NCBI RefSeq assembly: GCF_006345805.1
Contig: NC_042997.1
Location: 32,550,001 to 32,614,000, forward strand
Reading direction: 5' to 3'
Source of the DNA: Octopus sinensis
Taxonomy: Eukaryota
Length of the DNA: 64,000 nt
Shown in pieces: positions 1-12,267 of this stretch. Every line of letters begins with the position of its first letter. Positions within the stretch are counted from its first letter, which is position 1. The notes below the pieces were generated by a model. It ran no database searches. It was not told the origin of the DNA and worked only from the letters and a program-made list of their open reading frames with translations. The position numbers and the translations under genes were made by a program.

Positions 1-282
1 CAAGTTTGAAAGTGCATTCAAATTGTCAACCTCTATCAGTAGTTATTGAGAGGAGAGCACCAAAACACGAAATCCACCTAGCCTTTGCAATAGAAAGAGA
101 TGAAATGTCCTTGATAGGTACAGCTTCAGGCCATCTAGAAAAACGATCTCTGCAGATCAATAAATATATATTATCTTGAGCTGGTGGCAAAGGACCAATG
201 ATATCGATGTGAATGTGTTTAAAACATGCATCTGGAGTAGCAAAAGTGCCCAAAGGTGTTGAACTTTAGTTTTCTGGCATGA
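1..282 (-). mobile_element. Gypsy/Ty3 LTR-retrotransposon pol remnant: integrase (end of HHCC finger and rve core)
   Basis: SCQKTKVQ then FKHIHIDIIGPLPP...DRFSRWPEAVP...ITTDRG; stops and frameshifts; runs off the window. Confidence 0.88.
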
Positions 283-284
283 TA

Positions 285-2843
285 GGGGAAGCTTGGGAGA
301 GATTGAGTCATTTTTTACATTTCAATATGATGCAGACTCTCCATGCATAAGAAAGAATTCTTTACCAACTTGTAACATTCATAGACTTGTAACGTATATA
401 TGCCAAGGATATAGTTTCAAATGGGTGTAAACTGAAACAGAGAGCACACTTTTTAATGGGTAATGATTTGACCCATCCTTCCCAACGGGTGGTGAGATTT
501 GGGACATGTATAGGGTTGAGTTGAGACATAGGGGGACTTGGGATAAGTGTTATTTTAATTGATTGTACACTAAGATGAAGCATTTACATAACTACTTATA
601 AATGATTTGTACTTTATTTTGAAGCATTGAGAACTTTACTTCATTCAGCATTCTGAGAAGTAGTTTTGGTGGAAGTTGATGGTCCCTGTGAAATGTTGAG
701 TGACTCTGTCATAGAATAAGAATCTAGTGTTTCTTTAAAACTTGATTTGAGAACATCTGCTTGGTTTTCATGAGATGATGCTGGAAGATCTTGATTTGTT
801 ACTACCGCAGGTGCAAACTCTGTCTCGCAGAACACATCTTGGTTAAAGGGATAATTTCCTGTTCGTTGAAACCCAGAGATAATGTTTTGAGCAGCAAGGC
901 CATGTATCTGAGCATGTGAAACAAGCTCAGGAATGTCATATATTGTAGTCGACTTACCAGGGTGGGAATGCACCCAATTATCAACTGCTCAACTATATGC
1001 TGTCTTGAATGGCTTATAGCAGCTCCCATTCAACAGTCAGAGCTTGTGGCTTGTGCGAGGTGGGATTGTGAATAATATCACTCCATTTTTCTTGGCCAAG
1101 TCAATAGTTTTGTGATTGTCCAAAATTAACAACACTTTCTTCTCATTGCTGTACCTGGTGTAAGCTGTAAAGTGTTTTAAATAAGTCACAAACAGATCTT
1201 CATTAATCCATCCACTGGAATTGGCTCCTTCGACACAGCCTGCAGGACCACTTTTGATAAAATAATCCCTATAGTTTTCCCATGGGAAGGTCAGCAGTGG
1301 TGGAACAACACTTCCTGCTGCATTAACTGCATACACAACTGTTACAAGTTGTCCTCTCTTGCTGGAAGTTAAAGGTCCTACTTGTTTCATTCTCTGTGCA
1401 GCAATGATATTTTCAGGTTGCTGCATAGTTGCGCACCCAGTTTCATCTACGTTATAAATGTCATGGCATCCAAATTTGTGCAAGTCCATAACACTCTTTA
1501 AGTCATCATAAAACTTTCCAACGTTATAGCAATTGAACGCACTTGCTCTAGCAAGGAATGTAGCCTCTGGTGTTTGAATTACTAGATGGTTTCTTTTTCT
1601 AAAGGATATCCAAAGATGCTTGCCAGTCATTCTGTTTTGTTGCCAAGAATCAAAGACCATAACATTGTTTCTTAATGGATATTCCACTATCAACTTACAG
1701 AATTTATTTCATGTGAGTCTGTGGAACTGCTTGGCTAATGTATTTATGTGAGTCAATAACTCAGCTTCCATCTCTGATGAAAATGTCTTATTTTTTATCC
1801 TGCAATTTTTGAACCCAAGCACTTTGTTTTGCTCGTCATTTTGTTGATTGCATTTGTCTATATATATTTTTAGTGTCATTCTTGCTATACTGAAATCTTT
1901 AGCTGCAGCACGGATACTGCATCCTTCCCTGATGCGATCTCTGGCCCTACTTACATCATCTTCTGTAGCCTCACGATTGTTCATCTGGACATATTTCCAA
2001 GGAATCTGAAAAAGCCAATACATGTGCAAATTTTGGCCAGTACAAAAGCAAGTAGATCAAAATTTAATCCTTTATGTTGAATTGAAGCCCTATGCAGTTT
2101 AGCTTCAAGGCACTTAATCTTGAAAGCAAACACAACTCATTAACAGTTACCAGAGTTTTTGCTATTTAGGCCGTTGCCAGCTTCGTCTGGTCCCCGTGCC
2201 GGTGGCACGTAAAAAGCACCCACTACACTCACGGAGTGGTTGGCGTTAGGAAGGGCATCCAGCTGTAGAAACACTGCCAGATCTGACTGGCCTGGTGCAG
2301 CCTTCTGGCTTCCCAGACCCCAGTTGAACCGTCCAACCCATGCCAGCATGGAAAGTGGACGTTAAATGATGATGATGACCACAGGAAGTAATAAAATTAA
2401 CAGGTTAAAATTGTTTTTTCACCACACATTAATAAAGGGAGAGTTGGGACACTGCTCAACTCTCCCATACATGGCTGTCCCAACTCTTCCCATTTCTTTC
2501 CATCTTAACTTCATGCATCATTGTAACTGTAACGTTAGTCACACGGTTTTTTTTATTGATCACAGTGATAGAGAAATGATATAGGTATATGACAAAATGC
2601 ATTCAATCAGAATGCTACATACTACTACAGGAATATGAACATGCTTACCTTCAAGCCTAACTTTTACTTTTTGGTGTAAAAATTGAATTTTTTCAAAAAA
2701 TATCTGTATAAACTGCTTACACCTGTTAAATGTATTAGGTCAGCAGAAACGTTTCTAGGTCTTCCAATAGGTGGCAGTAATTACTTTTTATAATTTATGG
2801 ATTTAGGGAAAGTTGTTGTGGCTCAACTCTCCCAAGCTTCCCC
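285..2843 (-). mobile_element. pogo/Tigger-like (DDE_1, CENP-B-type) DNA transposon, decayed, both TIRs and TA TSD
   Basis: TIR GGGGAAGCTTGGGAGAG(A)TTGAG at 285 and inverted ending 2843; TA at 283-284 and 2844-2845; broken ORFs 1709-2029 (HTH), 1037-1693 (NVDETG, LLILDNH) and 641-973. Confidence 0.88.
2168..2379 (+). mobile_element. RTE-LINE 3' end inserted in the pogo element
   Basis: Conserved terminus ggcacgtaaaaagcaccc...ggcgttaggaagggcatccagc...acgttaaa(tga)n. Confidence 0.8.
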
Positions 2844-2845
2844 TA

Positions 2846-3840
2846 TGCAAGTGTGGGCCCAATTTCAAACATCTTTTTGCATACTGAGCCAAACAAAATG
2901 ACTTGAAATTAATTTAGCTGTTACCACAATACCAGGATGAGATAAATTATGAAGAACCGAAAAAATGTTCATCTATAACTCTTAGGAATGAAAGGTCTAG
3001 AAAATCCAGTAGAAACATCACACCAATTATAAAAATCTATAGAGTGTAGTGGCAGTAGACAGAGGCCCAAAGAAGGTGGGTCCAACAACTGAAGATGTGA
3101 AAATTCATGCTCATTGTTCCTGATTCAGTGCAATTTGTTGTAAGTCAAAGGAATCAGTAGTATGTAAAGCATTAATATGTACGAGAGATAAAGCATCAGC
3201 TGTAGAATTCTCTGCACTCTTGATATATTGAAGATCCACAGTATATTGTGAAATGAAATCCAAATGTAGTAAATCTTTGAAAGAATATTTATTTGTTTCC
3301 AACCGTAGAGCAAAGGTCAACAGTATTTGGTCAGTGAAAATTGTAAAATGTTGACCCTCAAGAAAATGGCAGAAATGTTTACCAGCTAAATAAGCAGCCA
3401 GAAATTCTCTACTAAAGATACTACAGCTTGACTCTGCTGGTTTGAGGTGTTCAGAAAAAAAGGTAAGTGGTTGCCATGCATTAAAAACAAACTGTTGCAA
3501 AACTCCACCAACCCCTACATCGAATGCATCAACCATCAATGTTAAGGATGCATCTGAAAATGGGTGAAACAGCAGAGTAACTCTTAATAACTTTTCCTTA
3601 AACCTGAAATCAAAACCTTACTGCTTTAGTAACTAGGTTCAGACCAAACTTAGATCAAGTAACTCGCCCTGAATACTAACCAATCAGCATGCTGGAATAT
3701 CACTCCTATTGCTGAATGTTCTATCACGTTTTAGTTGTTCTTGTGTGAAAAGGGAGCTATAAAAATGAAAGAGAACCTGAATCAGTGTAGAGGTTCAAGA
3801 AGGTTCAGAGAATATAGATGAACACAGGATTCTTGATCCG
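2846..3840 (-). mobile_element. Gypsy/Ty3 pol remnant: RT end, RNase H and start of integrase zinc finger
   Basis: VDAFDVGVGGVLQQ...FSREFLAAYLAGKHFCHFLEGQHFTIFTDQ...NSTADALS; joins 1-282 in frame once the pogo element is removed. Confidence 0.85.
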
Positions 3841-3877
3841 TGCACGACCCCTGTTTAAAAGAATTACTTTCTCATCT

Positions 3878-4109
3878 ATTTCTTTACTACTCACAAGGGG
3901 CTAAACACAGAGGGGACAAACAAGGACAGACAAACGGATTAAGTTGATTAGATCGATCCCAGTGTGTAACTGGTACTTAATTTATCAACCCCGAAAGGAT
4001 GAAAGGCAAAGTCGACCTCGGCGGAATTTGAACTCAGAACGTAATGGCAGACGAAATACGGCTACGCATTTCGGCCAGCGTGCTAACGTTTCGGCCAGCT
4101 CACCGCCTT
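3878..4109 (-). mobile_element. tRNA-derived SINE family B (~230 bp)
   Basis: Head ggcggcgagctggcagaaacgttag, B box gagttcaaattcc, body gactttgcctttcatcctttcggggtcgat, tail taaagaaata. Confidence 0.82.
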
Positions 4110-5695
4110 TTACTTTGTCATCATTGCACCTTTTCAAGCATGTACCATGAACACAATATCCTCACCTGTCACCATACAAATAAGTAGCCAGCCAATTGTT
4201 AGTCAAGACCAAACCAGAAGTACACTTCAGATGCACAGACAACAAGCCCTTTAAACAGACAAGTTTCCTTAGTTGTAGCTCAGCCCTGGGTGAAAGGAAT
4301 TTTAACTATGATGAGCAGAGCATTATTCCTGCCTCTCGTGTGAAACTACTCTTGTCTGTTTTTAATGTAGCTATGAACTACATTTGTTCTAGCACATCAC
4401 TATACACTACTGGCAAGCAACTTTGAAAACCTGTAAATATTGTAATATGCTTTTGTAAAAATAAGCATTTAAATGATGTTGGTTTCGGTTTATTTATAGG
4501 ATGGCACACAACCTAACATCATACTAACATATCAGTACCCATTAAACAAAAGTGACAATTTCAACCATAACCATTTTGTTCATTTTCTTTTTTATGATGA
4601 TAGAATGTGATATGCAGGAGATTTGATGCTATTTCTAGCAGGTGAGTCACCATTTTAGAGGTTTCCTTATTGGCTTGGAAAATTTTGGCTTCTTCCTATA
4701 ATTTTTAAGGCAGAAGCACAACCTACTGAAATTATCTTAGTACTTATTTTGTCCCCATTAAAAAGCAAACCCTCACTCTTTCAGGATTTTAACTCAGTTT
4801 GGTAGCCAACTAAATAATACTCAGGAGCTGTTCGGCTTTTTCTCCTTTGTTACTGTTGCTTCATAATTATTGGTTTTAACAAGACCAAGAGTGATTTTTT
4901 TTTTTTGTGGGGATGGGTATAGTTGCTAATTTCTCCTTCCTCCCAGTACTTCTATTTCATTGAATCTGGAAGGATGAAAGGCAAAAGCAACCTTGTTGGG
5001 GAGATATGAACTGAAAACATAAAGGGCTGTAAATAAAGGCTGCAAGGAATTTTATCTGTTGCTCTACCAATTCTTTAAATCACAACTTCTTTCATTTATT
5101 ATTTAAATATCTGTTAAATTTTATGATAGTTCACAACTGCAGTAAAGGTAACATATAGAGAAAACTCATTATTTGAAGCTGCTAATTGCCAAAAAAGAGG
5201 GCAGAGAGAACTCTTCAAGTCCAGTAAGAAAACCTCTCGTGCTGGTGAGATAATAAAATATACAAATCTGTTTTTTGGTGGGGTGACAGGCTCAACATGC
5301 TGCCTTGTATAACCTCACCTCCTCACCCTACAGTGCCATCATCAAAGTTCATTCTAATGTAAACACTCTAAGCAAGCTTTCAGCCATGGGAGTTATCACA
5401 ATTGTTTGAAGTACTGATTCTTTCTGTTTGTTTAAGGGTACGGAGGTATGGATGGAATGATTTCCCAGTGGTTAGTGGTAACTCATGAATAGTGGTTTCC
5501 TTCTCCCAGAACTGAATGGAAATGAAACATAATTAACTCCTACATCTTCCAAATTGTTTTTTTCAGGTCCATTGCCGAGCTCTCCACACTTCAACCAAGA
5601 CAGTACAGTAAGAACTACTTCTGTTGAGCCAGCTTTCATTTTTGAAGCTTGCTTTATTTCCAACACCACGCTTTGCCATTGTGTAAACATACCTA

Positions 5696-5916
5696 TTTCT
5701 TTACTACCCACAAGGGGCTAAACACAGAAGAAACAAACAAGGACAGACAGACGGATTAAGTTGGTTATATCGACCCCAATGCGTAACTGGTACTTATTTA
5801 ATCGACCCCGAAAGGATGAAAGGCAAAGTCGACCTCGGCGGAATTTGAACTCAGAATGTAACAGCAGACGAAATATGGCTACGCATTTCGCCCGGTGTGC
5901 TAACGTTTCTGCCAGC
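5696..5916 (-). mobile_element. SINE family B with TSD (taaacatacc)
   Basis: Same consensus. Confidence 0.82.
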
Positions 5917-6806
5917 TAAACATACCAACCGTGAAATCATCTCCATCTCAGCTGATACTTTATTTTAATGGAAGTTGACTATGGTAGGATTTGAATTCAG
6001 AACTGGAACAAATACCACAATGCATTTTACCTGATTCTCTAATGATTCTGCCAGTCTGCCACCCTTAATGATAATTGGTTCTGATTTAGAAGACAAGGCC
6101 AGCAGTTTTGAAGAGAGAGGTAAGTCGATACCATCAACCCCAGTACATGAATGATACTCATTTTGTTGACCCCACCAGGTTTTAAGCCCAGACCATAAAG
6201 AAGCAAAAGAAATGCCACCAAGAAATTTTTCCAACACTCAGAAGATTCTGCCAATTATTTCCTGCCCTTAATCAAAAATGGAGGAAGAAAGTTGATTACA
6301 TTGATCTCTGTACTTGACTAGAATTTATTTTATTGACTCCAAAAAAGGATGAAAAGCAAAGTTGAGCATGACAGGATTGGAACTCAGAGGAAATTCCACA
6401 AGGTATTTTTTCCAACCCTCTAATAATTCGGCCAATCCTCTCTACTCTTAACACTTTTGTTACTATATTTCTGTTGAAATACATTGCTTTTGTTTCAGTT
6501 AATTTTGAAAATGATAAAGAATTTAGGAAAGTAACTTTGCTATTATTAACCTGGTGTTTGTATCATAGATCAACATGAAATTTAGAAAGGTTTTAATTTA
6601 GATCTCTTTAAACATGAAGTTTGTATCATAGAAGCAGAAGCAGTCTTAGACTGGGTGGTATCAAAAGCATGAATAATAACAAAGTAAAGAATAGTTTGAA
6701 AATACTTTTATTTTTGTCACACAAAATTTCAAATTCATATTTAATATTTCTATTTTCTTGAATTTTCCCAACAAGAATTATTTTACTTATTAAATCAAAC
6801 CTTAAC

Positions 6807-6889
6807 TTTAGCTCTACAACTAAGTAATTTTTAAACAAATTATAGTGTTACTATAATTTGTTTAAAAATTACTTAGTTGTAGAGCTAAA
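6807..6889. repeat. Perfect 40-bp palindrome with 3-nt loop
   Basis: 6807-6846 is the exact reverse complement of 6850-6889. Confidence 0.95.
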
Positions 6890-6953
6890 AACAAGTAAAT
6901 AGTTCCAGTATCAGACACTAATTTAAATAAATTTGGAGTTCAAATCCAGGTAA

Positions 6954-6959
6954 TTTATT
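6954..6959 (-). promoter_or_regulatory. Candidate GMPPA polyadenylation signal (AATAAA); alternative at 6707-6712
   Basis: Hexamer about 630 nt after the stop codon; common by chance in AT-rich DNA. Confidence 0.25.
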
Positions 6960-7171
6960 GTGTAACTTTCCAAAACACTGAAATGCTAGGTCTTTGCACT
7001 AATTCATATTTACATATCCTACTCCCAACCAACTCTCTTTAATTATCATTATGTGGAATGTGGTTTCATCATCATTTATCATTTTACCCTTCAAAAGTTT
7101 ACAAAATTTTCTTCAATTTTGAAGTTATTTTACAAATTTTCTTTGATTTAGTTAACAATTATTAATTAAAA

Positions 7172-7545
7172 ATGCGTGGCTGTGTGGTAAGAAGTTTGCT
7201 TCCCAACCACATTGTTCTGGGTTCAGTCCCACTGCATGGCACCTTGGGCTAGTATCTTCTACCATAGCCTTGTAATGGATTTGGTAGATAGAAACTAAAA
7301 GAAGCCTGTCATATATGTGTATATATTTGTGTGTGTGTGTATGTTTGTCCCCCACCATCACTTGACAATTGATGATGTGTTTATGTCCCCATAACTTAGT
7401 GATTTGGCAAAAGACCAATGCAATACATACTAGGCTTACAAAGAACAAATCCAGGAGTTGATTTCATCAACCAAAACCCTTTAAGGCGGTACTCCAGCAT
7501 GGCCACAGTCAAATGACTGAAACAAGTACAAGAATAAAAGAATAG
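7172..7545 (+). mobile_element. tRNA-derived SINE family A (CORE-like box, central microsatellite; resembles octopus OR-type SINEs)
   Basis: A/B boxes tggctgtgtggtaag and gggttcagtccc; caccttgggc; tail gactgaaacaagta. Confidence 0.8.
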
Positions 7546-7588
7546 GAAGAAAAAAAAATCAATAGAGCAGAGCTTATTTTTCCAACTT

Positions 7589-7689
7589 TTACAAAATAAT
7601 TTGATTCTTGTAACTTGAATTTAAATCTTTGTCAGGAAGAACTATAGAATTCAAAATGATCACTTCTGGAGGGATATGAACCTTAGAAC
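7589..7689 (-). CDS. GMPPA: GMPPA coding exon 11 ([32 protein letters not shown])
   Basis: Acceptor ttttacag|, TAA at 7589-7591; 101 nt; conserved GMPPA C-terminus. Confidence 0.95.
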
Positions 7690-10600
7690 CTGTAAAAGAT
7701 TAAAAAACAAAATCAGACTAGCAGAGGCACCTTTTGCAAGATAAATTTTCAACAAAACAGACAACAGAAGGTTTGTTTGAATTAGCATATTAGAGATGCC
7801 TTCAACCTGGATGCAAACCGTTAGGGTTATCTGCTGCATAACATTTTAAGCAATTGTCTGGTTTTGGGCTAGATAATATTTTGTGAGTGAAGATCATAGA
7901 TGGAAACACAAGCCTGTTATGTGTGAGTCTGTGGATGATTGTGTATGTATTCATGATTTCTCCTTGTCTTGAAATTGTGTACTGCTCCAGTAAGTTTCCT
8001 CTGATCCATGCCAGCATGGACATTAAAATAATGATGATAAAACTGTCACAATATTTGAGCTATATAGTTTTAACCTTTTAGCATTTAAACCAGCCACGAT
8101 ATTCTACCTGTTTTATGTTCAAAATGACCAAATTTGGCCTCTCGCACCAACCTCACAATATAATTCTCAAAATTAACAGTTAATTCATCAAAATCTCAAA
8201 GTAACAAAATATGGCATGAATAATTCAAAACAATGTGAATAAGTAACAATGTGAATAATTCGACAGAATAACCTGAACACTAAAGAGTTAAATAACTAAG
8301 CATGTGATCAGCACAGTGTTATGCAAATGACAGATAAATGTCCATCCACCAGATGATTCTAATAGGCTATTCCTAATAAGATGGAGGTGCAATGGCCCAG
8401 TGGTTAGGGCAGCGGACTCGCGGTCGGAGGATCGCAGTTTTGATTCCCAGACCAGGCATTGTGTGTGTTTATTTAGCAAAAACACCTAAAAGCTCCACGA
8501 GGCTCCGGTAGGGGGTAAGGCGACCCCTGTTGTACTCTTTTGCCACATCTTTCTCTCACTCCCTCTTTCTGTTTCTTGAGTAATGCTGCGATGGATTGGT
8601 GTCCCATCCAGCTGGGGGGAACACATATGCCACAGAAACCGGGCTCATGAGCCTGGCTAGGCTTGAAAAGGGTGACGTTTATCGTTTATTCCTAATAAGT
8701 ACTTCTAATGTGCTGGGTGAATTGAGACACAGAATTAAGTGTAGTGGAACACATGAAATGTTAATGATCCAATACTACATTTATCATTCGTTTTGTTCCT
8801 ACAGCTATTGAATATCTGTATTTTTATATTTCTTTCAGCTGTAACCGATTACTGGCACCCAGAACGAGGGTTCTGGTTGATCCGATCAACAGAACAGCCT
8901 GCTCATGAAATTAACGTGCATATGGCTGAGCACTCCACAGACACACAGACCCTTAATGTAGTTCTCAGGGAAATTCAGTATGACAAAATTGGCCTTTGAA
9001 AAATCAAGTACTACTCATTTTTGCCAGTTGAGCGGACTGGAGCAATGTGTAATAAAGTGACTTGCTCAAGGACACAACACGTCACCAGGTATCGAATTCA
9101 TGAACTTACAATCGTGAGCCGAATACCATAACCACTAAGCCATGCACCTTTAGCTTTTAGCTGTATGAGGCTGAATATTAGGTTTCAAACAGACAATATA
9201 GCAAAGATGGCAAAATCAAAGTGCTTTTTCAAAATTCACCTCAAAGTATAAACTATGCAATGTATATATCACCACTGATTTAACATCTGCTTTTCCATGT
9301 ATTTGAGTTTATTGGGGCAAATTTTCTATAGCTTGATGCCCTTCCCAATGCCAACCACTTTACAGCATGTAAAGTGGCACTAGCACTAGTGAGGTTACCA
9401 CATACCCTGCAAAACTAAGAAGGCTTTCAACTGAGTGGGGTTACAGTAGTGAGGGAGGTGACTTTATACTATAGAATAAGGGGTGATAGTGTGACAGAAG
9501 GGGCTAGAAAAGAACAGGTTTCTTACTGTAGAAGAACTACACAGCTTCTCACATTATGAAAGAGAAGGTGGGTCAAGCAGGAAAGAAAATAATAGTGGTG
9601 ACGAGGTGTCAGGGTGGACCATAAAGATACAAGGAGAGCAGAAGTGTGTGGATGGGTAGTGGTAAGAGTGTAAGGGAGAATGAGAGATAGTTAAAGAATG
9701 GCTGACAGGGTGTATATAATTATTTCTACTCTAGGCACAAGGCCCTGAAAATTTTGGGGAAAGGGACTAGTCGATTACATCGACCCCAGTGTTTCACTGG
9801 TACTTAATTTATCGACTCTGAAAGGAAGAAAGGCAAAGTCGACCTCGGTGGAATTTGAACTCAGAATGTAAAGGTGGACAAAATACCGCTAAGCATTTTG
9901 CCCGGCGTGCTAACAATTCTGCCAGCTTGCCATTTTAGGGTGAATATAATGAAGAACAAATGTTGAGGGATGATAAGTTGGAGGGGTGACTAATGATACA
10001 AGAGCTGAGAGGTGGAGTGAGAAGATTACTGGCAGCAGAAAAAAATGGTGGGATTAAAAAAATTAAGGGCAGCAGAATAGCAGGGAGAAGAAGGGAGAAA
10101 AAGGGAGAGACATCTGATAGGTTGTAAGAGATAGGGAGAGGTGTATGATGGTAAAGGAGAGAAAATTTGGCGACTCAAATTTTTTGTATATTGTTGATAT
10201 TAAGAATGAAAGATGGACAACAAGTGAAATGGTATGGATTAGTAAGAAGGATAAGTTTATCAGAGAAAAGTTAGTGAAGTGTGCAGTTCTAATGATATTT
10301 AATTACAGCAGCAGAATATTTAGATGATAAATGGTAGGAATGACTAGAAGGGGAAAATGGGTGGCAGTTGTGCACATTAGGCTTCCAGAATCTGTTTCAC
10401 TGAGGTGGGCAAGTCTTCTTGATAACCAGTTATCACCAGTCATCTTAGTCTTTCGTCATCTCCTCCATGAGGTTTCACATAAGGCACAGGTGTGACTGTA
10501 TGGTTAAGAAGCTTGCTTCCTAACTGAGTGGATTTGGGAAACAGAAACTGAGGGAAGCCTGTTCTGCATGTGTGTTGCATGCTCTTGTCTCAACATCATG

Positions 10601-12231
10601 TGATGATTGTAAGCAAGCATCACTGTCGTATAAGTGATGTTTCCAGTTTGAGTGAAAATATTACTTGGCTTGGAAAGAGGTGAGGGTTAGCAACAGGAAA
10701 GGTGTCTGGCCATAGAAAATCTGCCTCAACAAATTCCACCTGACCCATGCAAGTATAGAAAATTGGACATAAAATGATTTTTTTATGCATATAGTTTAAT
10801 TTCTTTCTCAATAAAACTAAATTTCCTTAAAATAGTAAATTTAAATGAAGTAAAGAACAAAAAGCCAAGATTGATTATTATAAAAGATATTTACCTATGA
10901 CTGTTATGGAAGGATTCAGTCTACCATCATCTGTAAATAAGGCTGGGATATCAAGCTTTGCAAAGGGTTTGTTTGGATTCGGGTCATTAGGAGTGCCTTC
11001 AACTCGGCTCCAAGCTCCTACGATACTGTTCCAACCGACAATACTGTACAGAATACAACTGTGGTCCTGTTGAGATAACAGAGAGCTAAGTAATGTATGA
11101 ACTTATATAGAAATCTATATAAAAATTTTTTAAATATTACATTTCAAATTGGGTCTTTAATTTCATGATCTTACATTTAAAAAGATCATAGCACAGAAAG
11201 TTAATGAACACAAGAAATTACTGCTAATATATAATAAAACATGTGAAGGCGCAATGGCCTAGTGGTTAGGGCAGCGTACTCGCGGTCGTAGGATCGCGGT
11301 TTCGATTCCCAGACCGAGCGTTGTGAATGTTTATTGAGTGAAAACACCTAAAAGCTCCATGAGGCTCCGGCAAGAGGTGGTGATCCCTGCTGTACTCTTT
11401 CACCACTCTTTCTCCTGTTGGCCTGCTTGCTTAGCCAGCGGGGTGGCGTCATTTGAAGGCTAAAACAATGCGAACGCATTGTGACCAGTGATGTGTAACT
11501 ACATCTGATGGACTGGTCGGTCACGTGATGATGATGATATAATAAAACATATCTAGATTTTTCTAGATGTCCTGATTGCTGAGATTTAAGGCATGTAATA
11601 ATGTGATTTTAAGTTAAATATGAGCATATCAACATGGACAACCTCAAGTAGATTGTATTTAGAAATTTAAACATTTAGCATTTAAACCAGCCATATCTGG
11701 CCAAACTATTCTGACATTTTAATGTTTAAACTGGCCTGATCCAACAACATCTTGCACCTACTTTACAATGTTATAATAAAAATAAACTACCACGTCGCTG
11801 AAATCTTGAAGCTATGAGATAATGAATGATTAATTGAAAACAATGTGAATAAATAAACATTACATTTGACAAAGAAATCTGAATGCTAAAGGGTTAAGCA
11901 AACACAGATTTGAAAATATTCATTTAATTTCCTTCACAGCAGAACTAAACATTTAAAATAGTAAGGAACACTTGAAGAACTGCAATGGTTAGGAAGTTCA
12001 CTTTGCAACTACATAGTTCTTGGCTCGATCACAGTGCATGGCACCATGGGCAAATGTCTTTTACCATTGAGTTAAGCAATACCTTGCGAGTGGAAATCAG
12101 CAGACAGAAACAATGTAGAACTTTGTCATTTGTATGTGTGTAAACACAAGTGAGAAAATGCAAAAACTGGTGCTCTTTGAACGAGGTCTCCTGCAATATT
12201 TATTCTGCACCAAGTTAGTTATGTTTATATA

Positions 12232-12267
<36 letters not shown>

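Noticed and set aside
4300-4350. ATGATGA...GAAAC hammerhead or snoRNA-like motif
   Set aside because: The core starts with A instead of C, stem II is not adjacent to GAAA, and no D box was found.
8383-8460. tRNA gene (also 11247 and the heads of SINE A and B)
   Set aside because: A/B boxes are present but there is no acceptor-stem closure, and each runs into a multi-copy SINE body.
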